DNA of 64,000 bases from Thermoplasmata archaeon. GTDB lineage: Archaea; Thermoplasmatota; Thermoplasmata; Lutacidiplasmatales; UBA184. The translations under genes were made by a program, and so were the position numbers. Numbering within the stretch: position 1 is the first letter of the stretch; the number at the start of each line of letters is the position of its first letter. Shown here piece by piece: positions 57,822-64,000 of this stretch. Below the pieces are notes generated by a model, which worked only from the letters and a program-made list of their open reading frames with translations, was not told the origin of the DNA and ran no database searches. The stretch is from contig JAKIVS010000006.1 of assembly GCA_022750435.1 (NCBI GenBank), positions 36,732-100,731 on the forward strand, read 5' to 3'.

Positions 57822-59627
57822 TCAGGTCGGTCGCGCGGCCGACAGCTGCTCGGTCAGGAACTCGGCGATCCGACCGTAGGCCCGCTCCCGGTTGGCCCGG
57901 CCGGCGATCCCGTGTCCTTCGTCCTCGAACATCATCAGCTCGACCGTCCGACCCAGCCCGCGCAGCGTTGCGACGATTTGCTCGGCTTCCCGCGCGGGGA
58001 CGCGCGGGTCGTTCCGCCCATGCACGACCAGGAGCGGGGCCGTGATCTGGGCGGCGTGGTGGACGGGCGAGATCGACGCGAGGAACTCCCGGTCGCGGTC
58101 GAGCCGGCCGTACTCCGCCTCCCGGAGCGCCCGTCGCCAGGGACCGGTCTCCTCGAGGAACGTCACGAAGTTCGCGATGCCGACGATGTCGACGCCGGCC
58201 CCGAACAGCTCCGGGTACGTCGCGAGGGCGGAGAGCACCATGAATCCCCCGTAGCTCCCGCCCATCACGGCGACCCGGCCGCGCTCGGCGCGACCCTGGC
58301 GGACGAGGTGCTCGACGAGGTCCCGGAGGTCGCGGACCGAGTCCATCCGTTTCCGGACATCGTCGAGATGCACGAACGTCCGGCCGTACCCGGTCGAGCC
58401 CCGCACATTGGGGACGACGACGCGCCAGCCCTCCGACACGAGGAACTGGCGGAACCGGTTGAGCGTCGGGCGGGCCTGGGACTCCGGCCCCCCATGGACT
58501 TCCAGGACGGTCCCTTTCGCCGGCCCCGACGGCTCGAACTCCCAGTACGGGAGCACGACGCGGTCCACGGCGTGGGCGGTCCCCAGCTTCGGCTCCCCGA
58601 CGCGGGCCGGGACGGGGAACGTTGAGGTGGTCAGCCGCCGCGGTTTCCCGGTCTCGATCGACCGGCGATATACCTCGACCCCCTCCACCGAGGAGAGGTC
58701 GTGGGCGAACGCGGTCCCGTCCGGGAACCACGCCACGCTCATCACCACCCCGCGGGGCGACGTCGGGAGGGGCCGGTCCTCGGCCGACGCCGGGTCGTAC
58801 AGGTGGAGTTCCGTCCAACCGTCTCGGTTGACGCCGACGAGAAGGTGGCGACCGTCCGGGCTCGGCTCGACGATCTCGACGTCGCCCGGGTACTCCCGGA
58901 GGAACTCGTGGCCCGCGCGCCCGGGCCGGTACCGGAGGAGCGCGGCCCGCTCCCGACCGGGGTTCGCCCCGGCGTACACGGCGTCCGCGGTGAGGGCGGC
59001 GTCGAAGACGGTCTCCTCTCCGTCGTGGGGATTGAGCGGCGTGGCGGTGCCCCCCTCCAGGAGGAAGAGGTGGGTGTCGAGGTTCGTATTCTGTCGGGCG
59101 ATCAGCGTGCGTTCCCCGACGGCGCCGACGACGCTGTGGTGCGCGTCGCCCTCGTAGATCCGGCGCGGATCTCCGGATTCGTCCACGTTCGTCTCGTAGA
59201 CGTCGAAGAACCGTGGGTCCCGGGCGTTGGAGGTGAAGAGGAATCGCTTCCCATCGTCCCGCCACGCCCCCGGGGCGTGGATCACCTTCGGGCTCGCCGT
59301 GATCGGCCGAAGCGCCGGCCGGGCTCCGTCGAGGCCCTCCAGGAGGGCGAGCTGCCAATGCTCGTTGCCCCCGGTATCCAACGCGAGCATCGCTCGCGGC
59401 CCGGCGGGGGAGGCCTCGATGGAGCCGATGCGTTGCCCGTCCGGCGAGATCGGCGCGACCTTGCCGCCGCCCATGGGGACGCGGAACGCCTGCGGAAGCT
59501 CCCCCGGGTCGGCCAGGAAGACGACGGTCTCCCCATCGGCGAGCACCGAGGGGTGGTAGGAGGTCGAGACGTCGAACCACGCCTTCAGGCGCGTCGCGAT
59601 CGTCGAAGGGGCCGTCGGCGAGGCCAT
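57822..59627 (-). CDS. S9 family serine peptidase (prolyl oligopeptidase / acylaminoacyl-peptidase type)
   Basis: N-terminal beta-propeller, then a catalytic domain with GGSYGGFM (GxSxGG), ..HGRNDPRV.. and ..FEDEGHG.. forming the Ser/Asp/His triad context. Confidence 0.88.
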   Translation of the reverse strand: MASPTAPSTIATRLKAWFDVSTSYHPSVLADGETVVFLADPGELPQAFRVPMGGGKVAPISPDGQRIGSIEASPAGPRAMLALDTGGNEHWQLALLEGLDGARPALRPITASPKVIHAPGAWRDDGKRFLFTSNARDPRFFDVYETNVDESGDPRRIYEGDAHHSVVGAVGERTLIARQNTNLDTHLFLLEGGTATPLNPHDGEETVFDAALTADAVYAGANPGRERAALLRYRPGRAGHEFLREYPGDVEIVEPSPDGRHLLVGVNRDGWTELHLYDPASAEDRPLPTSPRGVVMSVAWFPDGTAFAHDLSSVEGVEVYRRSIETGKPRRLTTSTFPVPARVGEPKLGTAHAVDRVVLPYWEFEPSGPAKGTVLEVHGGPESQARPTLNRFRQFLVSEGWRVVVPNVRGSTGYGRTFVHLDDVRKRMDSVRDLRDLVEHLVRQGRAERGRVAVMGGSYGGFMVLSALATYPELFGAGVDIVGIANFVTFLEETGPWRRALREAEYGRLDRDREFLASISPVHHAAQITAPLLVVHGRNDPRVPAREAEQIVATLRGLGRTVELMMFEDEGHGIAGRANRERAYGRIAEFLTEQLSAARPT

Positions 59628-59706
59628 CGACGGTCCCGAGACGGTCCGGTGGATAAGGCCGGGCAGGGCGTCGCGGGGCGCGGCGCCGCTCGCCCCCCGA
59701 CGGAGA

Positions 59707-59719
59707 ACGACTTAAGGTG
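59707..59719 (+). promoter_or_regulatory. TATA-like box ACGACTTAAGGTG
   Basis: It lies 20-30 nt upstream of ATG 59738. Confidence 0.35.
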
Positions 59720-59737
59720 CGGACGCTCGGGCCGACG

Positions 59738-60430
59738 ATGCCCCGCACTACCGGAGCCGGTCGGGCCGAGGCAGAGTTCGACCGCGAGGCCGCCGGCTAC
59801 GACCGGACCGCGAGCCGGACGATGCCGGGGTACGACGAACTCCACCAGACCCTCCTGTGGGGGATCCCGTTCTCGCCGACCCGGACGTTCCGGGTGCTCG
59901 AATTGGGGATCGGGACGGGAACCCTCTCGACCCGCCTGCTCGGCCGCTACCCCCACGCCGAGCTGACCGGCGTGGACCTTTCCCGCCGCATGATCGCATT
60001 GTGTCGTACGAAGACGCGCCGATACCGGGACCGCGTCACCTTGCTCCAGGCGGACCTCTCCGACTTCCCGACCGACGCTCCGTACGATGCGGTCGTCTCC
60101 TCGCTCGCGATCCACCACCTCGCCGACTCCGCGAAGTGGGCGCTGTTTCGGAAGGTCCGGAAGGCGCTCGCGCCCGGCGGGTACTTCGGGGACGCCGACG
60201 ACCACCTTCCGGAGGACCCGGTGTTCGATTCCCGGTTCGGCCAGGTCGCCCAGGAGCTCGTCGGCTCGACCCAACCGGCGGCCCTGCAACGGGTCTGGCA
60301 CGAACACGAGCGGTTCGACCATCCGTGCACGCTCTCCGACGAGCTCGTGCACCTGGGGAGGGCCGGCTTCGCGCACGTCGACGTCCCCTGGCGGTTCTTC
60401 GGGCAGGCTGTCGTGTGGGCGTACAAGTAG
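59738..60430 (+). CDS. class I SAM-dependent methyltransferase
   Basis: FDREAAGYD..., VLELGIGTGTLSTRLL (motif I), AVVSSLAIHHL and PGGYF. The track start 59717 (GTG) overlaps the TATA-like box, so ATG 59738 is preferred. Confidence 0.8.
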   Translation: MPRTTGAGRAEAEFDREAAGYDRTASRTMPGYDELHQTLLWGIPFSPTRTFRVLELGIGTGTLSTRLLGRYPHAELTGVDLSRRMIALCRTKTRRYRDRVTLLQADLSDFPTDAPYDAVVSSLAIHHLADSAKWALFRKVRKALAPGGYFGDADDHLPEDPVFDSRFGQVAQELVGSTQPAALQRVWHEHERFDHPCTLSDELVHLGRAGFAHVDVPWRFFGQAVVWAYK

Positions 60431-60450
60431 CCCCAGCCCGCCGAGGAACG

Positions 60451-60464
60451 GAACCTTTTTGACG
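60451..60464 (+). promoter_or_regulatory. T-rich TATA-like element GAACCTTTTTGACG
   Basis: It lies 25-35 nt upstream of the tRNA-His 5' end. The T5 run could also terminate the upstream methyltransferase transcript. Confidence 0.4.
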
Positions 60465-60487
60465 TCCGGCCGGCCTCGCTCCGCCGC

Positions 60488-60595
60488 GGCCGGGATGGGG
60501 TAGCTTGGCCTATCCTGGGGGACTGTGGATCCCTCGACCCGGGTTCAAACGAGCGCGGGGCCCACCCCCGCGGTCGGAAACTCTCGGTCCCGGCC
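60488..60595 (+). tRNA. tRNA-His (anticodon GTG) with encoded G-1 and a ~32-nt intron in the T-loop
   Basis: Hand fold. G-1 (60488) faces C73 (60595). The acceptor GCCGGGA (60489-95) pairs with TCCCGGC (60588-94). U8; D-arm GGGT/TCCT with A14, G18G19, A21. Anticodon stem GGGGA/TCCCT encloses loop CTGTGGA (U33, GTG at 60525-27). The 4-nt variable loop is CGAC. T-stem CCGGG (60539-43) pairs with CTCGG (60583-87). There are 39 nt between the T-stem strands instead of 7. Confidence 0.8.
60550..60581 (+). other. non-canonical tRNA intron (T-loop, around position 59/60; exact junction ambiguous)
   Basis: The intron folds into a long hairpin: C50-G76, G51-C75, A52-T74, then C54..G60 pairing with C66..G72, with loop CCCAC. 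TTC (60544-46) can pair with GAA (60577-79), leaving an AAA bulge, which is a relaxed bulge-helix-bulge. Removing it restores a TTCAAAT-type T-loop. Confidence 0.6.
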
Positions 60596-61480
60596 CTACC
60601 GGCCCTTCCGGGCCGGTTTCGAAGACGCCGACCTCGGCCGGGTCTTCTTGCCCGGAGGCGGAGTCGGCGCGAGGATCCGCTCCAGCGCTTCCGGAAGTTC
60701 GGTGAGCGAATAGTCCGCCCAGGCGGCCCCCCACCGACGAAGGTCATCGGGGCTGAGGGTCCAGTTCGCAAATCGGGAGGCCCGAGCGACCGCGATGACG
60801 CCCTCGACCGACTGGGCCGCCTCGAGGTCGAAGCGCGAATCCCCCACGAGGACCAACGGTGCGTCGGGGTAGCGGCGACGGTATTCGGCCAGGTGTTCGC
60901 GCTTGGTCCCTTGGCCCGAGCCGAGCACGTCCTCGAACCAGTACCGCAGGCCTTCGCGCTCGAGGACGAGGTCGGCCATCTCCCGCTCGGCACCGGTGGA
61001 GACGGCGAGCGTCCAGCGCGCGGCGGCGAGCCGCTTCAACAGCTTCGGAATCTCGGGGAACGGTTTCGCTCGAGCGTACGCCTCGGCGACCTTCCGCTGG
61101 TGGAACTGGCGGGCGACCGAGCGCCGAAGCTCCAGCGGGGCCTCCCCGTAGAGCTGGTTGATCTGCGCCTCGAACGGCATCCCCGTCGTGGCGAGGTAGT
61201 GGAGTCGACCCTCGGCCTCCGGGGTTCCGAACGCCTCGAGGAGCACCTTTCCGGCGACGTCGCTGATCCCGGCCATGTCGTCGAGGAGCGTGCCGTCGAC
61301 GTCGAAGATCACCGCGCCGCGCTCGATCGCGCGCGGGGCCACAGGGGGCCGCTCGCCGAGGACGCCGTGGGAGATCTCGGCGAACTGGGAGGTCGCGGAG
61401 CCGACCATCGAGAGCGGAACGTCCCGCTCCCTGCCGGCGAGGGACAGCTCGGTTCGCGTGTCCGGGTCGCTCTCCGCCAT
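60596..61480 (-). CDS. HAD superfamily hydrolase (phosphatase-like)
   Basis: AVIFDVDGTLLDD (DxDGT motif I), LAVSTGAERE (motif II) and VLVGDSRFDLEAA (motif IV). The start is ATG 61480, or 61408. The stop codon directly abuts the 3' end of tRNA-His on the other strand. Confidence 0.75.
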   Translation of the reverse strand: MAESDPDTRTELSLAGRERDVPLSMVGSATSQFAEISHGVLGERPPVAPRAIERGAVIFDVDGTLLDDMAGISDVAGKVLLEAFGTPEAEGRLHYLATTGMPFEAQINQLYGEAPLELRRSVARQFHQRKVAEAYARAKPFPEIPKLLKRLAAARWTLAVSTGAEREMADLVLEREGLRYWFEDVLGSGQGTKREHLAEYRRRYPDAPLVLVGDSRFDLEAAQSVEGVIAVARASRFANWTLSPDDLRRWGAAWADYSLTELPEALERILAPTPPPGKKTRPRSASSKPARKGR

Positions 61481-61576
61481 CGGCCGTGTCGAGGCCCCTC
61501 GACGGATAAGCGGTGCCGACCCGGACGGGGAACGCCCTTTTGGGGACGGGCGACTCCCCCCCGCCGACGGACCCCG

Positions 61577-62902
61577 ATGCATCCGAGCCGCGCGATCCAC
61601 GGACGCCACTCCCTCCTCCTCGCGGGGCGCCGGATCATCGTCGGCGTCTCGGGCTCGATCGCGGCGGTCGAATCGATCCGGGTCATCCGCGAATTGATCC
61701 GGCACGGGGCCGACGTCCGCGCGGTCGTGAGTCCGGAGGCGACGCGGATCGTCAGCGAAGAGGCCCTCGCGTTCGCGACCGGCCACCCTCCCGTCGTCCG
61801 ACTGACCGGGAACGTCGAACACGTGACCCTCCTCGGACCGGGCGAGGACCGGGCCGACCTCCTCCTCATCGCGCCGGCCACCGCGAACACGATCTCGAAG
61901 ATCGCCCACGGGATCGACGACACCGCGGTGACCTCGTGCGCCTCGGTCGCCCTCGGCGGCGGGGTCCCTCTCCTGATCGCCCCGGCGATGCACGCCCACA
62001 TGGGGCAGAACCCGGCCGTCCGGGAGAACCTCGAGCGGCTGGTCTCCTGGGGCGTCGGGATCGTGGCGTCCGACGCGGCGGAGGGCGAGGAGAAGCTCGC
62101 GTCCCCGGAGACGATCGCCGCCGCCGTCCTCCATCGACTCGCCCGAGGACCCTGGAAGGGCCGGAAGGTCCTCGTCATCGGAGGGGCCAGCCGGGAATCG
62201 ATCGACGACGTTCGGTCGATCACGAACGAGAGCTCGGGCGCGACCGCCGTCCAACTGGCGACCCAGGCGTACTACCGGGGCGCGGAGGTCGAGTTGTGGG
62301 CCGGCTCGCTCCAGGTACCCGTCCCCAGCTTCGTGGCCGTCCGGGCATGGCGCGGCGTGGCCGAGCTGCGCTCCCGGGTTTCGGAGTATTCGGGGGGCCT
62401 GGAGGCGGCCGACGTCGTCCTAGTGCCCGCCGCCCTCTCCGACTTCACGATCGAACCACGCCGCGGGAAGATCCCGTCCCGGGAGACGGACGGCCTCCGT
62501 CTCGAGCTCCGCCCCGCCCCCAAGATTCTGCCCGAGCTCCGGAGCCATGTCTCGGCGCCCCATCGTCTCGTCGGGTTCAAGCTGGAATCCGGGCTCGAAC
62601 CCCGCGCTCTCGAGGCGAGCGCCCGGCGCTTGCTGGAGGAGCACCGCCTGGATTGGGTGGTGGCCAACGACGCGAAGGTGCTCGCCCAGTCGCAGACTCG
62701 CCTTGCTCTCGTCAGCCCCTCTGGCCCGGTCCAATGGTTCTCGGGCGAGAAGACGGAGGTGGCCGGCCGATTGCTCGACGCGATCGGAAGCTCCCTGAGC
62801 GCCCCGGCCCGGGAGGCCCGGCGGGGCGGCCGCACGTCCCCCCCGTCCGGTCCCCGCCACCGGCGCACCGGCCCCCGTCGCCCCGGCCGTCGTCCGGCCT
62901 GA
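61577..62902 (+). CDS. coaBC: bifunctional phosphopantothenoylcysteine decarboxylase / phosphopantothenate--cysteine ligase
   Basis: N-terminal flavoprotein domain (IIVGVSGSIAAVESIRVIREL.., PATANTISKIAHGIDD), then the CoaB domain (VLVIGGASRESIDDVRSITNESSG, AALSDF). The track ORF 60893.. is over-extended. Confidence 0.88.
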   Translation: MHPSRAIHGRHSLLLAGRRIIVGVSGSIAAVESIRVIRELIRHGADVRAVVSPEATRIVSEEALAFATGHPPVVRLTGNVEHVTLLGPGEDRADLLLIAPATANTISKIAHGIDDTAVTSCASVALGGGVPLLIAPAMHAHMGQNPAVRENLERLVSWGVGIVASDAAEGEEKLASPETIAAAVLHRLARGPWKGRKVLVIGGASRESIDDVRSITNESSGATAVQLATQAYYRGAEVELWAGSLQVPVPSFVAVRAWRGVAELRSRVSEYSGGLEAADVVLVPAALSDFTIEPRRGKIPSRETDGLRLELRPAPKILPELRSHVSAPHRLVGFKLESGLEPRALEASARRLLEEHRLDWVVANDAKVLAQSQTRLALVSPSGPVQWFSGEKTEVAGRLLDAIGSSLSAPAREARRGGRTSPPSGPRHRRTGPRRPGRRPA

Positions 62903-62922
62903 CGCCTGACCGGCCGCCGGAC

Positions 62923-62933
62923 GCATTATTAGG
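62923..62933 (+). promoter_or_regulatory. TATA-like box GCATTATTAGG
   Basis: About 35 nt upstream of the sucC ATG 62966. Confidence 0.4.
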
Positions 62934-62965
62934 TGGCCCGACTCGCCGACGCTGAGGGGCAGTCG

Positions 62966-64000
62966 ATGGTCAAGTTGGCGGAGTGGAGAGGGAAGGAGAT
63001 CTTCCGGAAGTACGGCGTTCCCCTCCCGCGCGGGCATGTCGTGCGCTCTCCCTCGGAGGTGGCGCATGCCCTCCGGACGGCCGAGATCCCTCTTCCCTGC
63101 GTGATCAAGGCCCAAGTCCTCGCGGGGGGCCGCGGGAAGGGCGGAGCCGTCCGGTTTGCGAGTTCTATCGCCGAGGCGGAAGAGGCGACGCGCGCCATCC
63201 TCGCGCTCGAGTTCAAGGGCGAGAAGGTCCGAGAGGTCCTCATCGAGGAGAAGCTCCCGATCGAGAAGGAGTTGTACGTTTCCCTGACCCTCGACCGATC
63301 CCGTCGACTTCCGCTCGCCATGGCCAGCGCCCAGGGCGGCGTCGAGATCGAGAACGTGGAGGAGTCGGCCATCGTCCGGGTCTTCGTCGACCCGTTCCCC
63401 GGGCTCGTCGGCTACGAGCGGCGCCAGCTCGTCCAGGCCCTCGGGGTCACGGGAGCGGTCGCGAAGTCAGTCGATGCTCTTCTTACCCAACTGTGGCGAA
63501 TCTTCCTCGAGGAGGACGCCGAGCTCGTCGAGATCAATCCGCTCGCCGTCGTCGGCGACCACGTGGTGGCCCTCGACGCGAAGGTGATCATCGAGGACGA
63601 TGCTTCGTTCCGCCACCCCGAATTCAGCGACGTCCGCGACGACCGGACACCCCTCGAGGAGATTGCCCGGGAGAAGGAGATTGCCTTCGTCCAACTCGAC
63701 GGCAACATCGGCGTGATCGCGAACGGGGCCGGCCTGACGATGGCGACGCTCGACGTCTTGGCCGAGTTCGGCGGCAAGCCCGGTGTCTTCCTCGACCTGG
63801 GCGGAACCGACGACCCGAAGAAGGTCACCGAGGCGTTCCTCCTGATGGCCCAGGCGAAGCCGTCGGCGGTGTTCCTCAACATCTTCGGCGGCGTCACGCG
63901 CTGCGATACCGTCGCGACGGGGCTCGTCGAAGCGATGCGCCAGGTCCCGGCGGCCGAGCGGTTCCCGCTCGTCGCCCGGATCCGGGGCAACAACGAAGCC
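62966..64000 (+). CDS. sucC: succinate--CoA ligase (ADP-forming) beta subunit, 3'-truncated by the window end
   Basis: My own translation; the ORF is open-ended so it is not in the track. It reads MVKLAEWRGKEIFRKYGVPLPRG..., VIKAQVLAGGRGKGGAV, EINPL, GNIGVIANGAGLTMATLD and NIFGGVTRCD. The frame stays open to nt 64000. Confidence 0.9.
   Translation, partial: MVKLAEWRGKEIFRKYGVPLPRGHVVRSPSEVAHALRTAEIPLPCVIKAQVLAGGRGKGGAVRFASSIAEAEEATRAILALEFKGEKVREVLIEEKLPIEKELYVSLTLDRSRRLPLAMASAQGGVEIENVEESAIVRVFVDPFPGLVGYERRQLVQALGVTGAVAKSVDALLTQLWRIFLEEDAELVEINPLAVVGDHVVALDAKVIIEDDASFRHPEFSDVRDDRTPLEEIAREKEIAFVQLDGNIGVIANGAGLTMATLDVLAEFGGKPGVFLDLGGTDDPKKVTEAFLLMAQAKPSAVFLNIFGGVTRCDTVATGLVEAMRQVPAAERFPLVARIRGNNEA

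Noticed and set aside
57643-59748. 701-aa alternate-frame ORF overlapping the S9 peptidase gene on the same strand.
   Set aside because: It is Arg/Pro/Gly-rich junk, whereas the 57822-59627 frame carries the propeller and the GxSxGG catalytic domain.
60488-60549. Apparent 5' tRNA fragment (acceptor through T-stem 5' strand) that could mark an integrase att site or a split tRNA.
   Set aside because: The matching T-stem and acceptor 3' strands are present 32 nt further on, so an intron explains it. There is no integrase, no direct repeat of the tRNA 3' half and no composition shift nearby.
1-64000. Searched for mobile elements, prophage or virus genes, CRISPR arrays, toxin-antitoxin pairs, restriction-modification and known defence modules, and for rRNA genes.
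   Set aside because: None is recognisable. There are no transposase, integrase, Cas or methylase-endonuclease signatures, and no short regularly spaced repeats. No low-GC island is visible, and only small AT-rich promoter boxes interrupt the GC-rich background.

Overview
GC-rich archaeal chromosomal window, with codon third positions almost all G/C. Archaeal hallmarks are an AglB/STT3 with WWDYG, TiaS, aEF-1beta with its DUF1610 zinc-ribbon partner, an Sm-like protein, an HTH-fused CTP-type riboflavin kinase, a RaSEA-like radical SAM protein and a thermopsin-like peptidase. The overall flavour is Thermoplasmatota-like, which is inference only. I support about 55 protein genes and one tRNA. 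Housekeeping and metabolic genes include dnaK, citrate synthase, a two-subunit 2-oxoacid:ferredoxin oxidoreductase and a LeuA/C/D/B-type chain-elongation operon fused to thiolase plus DUF35. Others are nadE, hisS, htpX, coaBC and sucC (cut by the window end). Six large, N-glycosylation-sequon-dense surface proteins each have a signal peptide and a C-terminal TM plus basic anchor. Many genes are translationally coupled (ATGA/GTGA overlaps) and many look leaderless, with a TATA box 25-35 nt upstream of the start. I saw no CRISPR, integrase, transposase, restriction-modification or recognisable defence genes. Most interesting: (1) a tightly packed minus-strand operon of three AIM24/DUF124 paralogs with an interleaved zinc ribbon, an orphan 164-aa protein, a GNAT and a MOSC protein. 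(2) A 2213-aa AglB fused to about 1300 aa of surface-layer-like beta-sandwich repeats, translationally coupled to another glycoprotein. (3) tRNA-His(GUG) with an encoded G-1 and a ~32-nt intron in the T-loop. (4) A 38-aa, 13-Cys metallothionein-like ORF with its own TATA box upstream of an orphan dnaK. (5) An archaeal homolog of the CDIN1/TPD PD-(D/E)XK nuclease. (6) A 576-aa orphan coiled-coil protein with duplicated YWPL-type modules. Most long alternate-frame and antisense ORFs in the track are high-GC artefacts. Several track ORFs are N-terminally over-extended, and I trimmed them to starts supported by homology and gene coupling.
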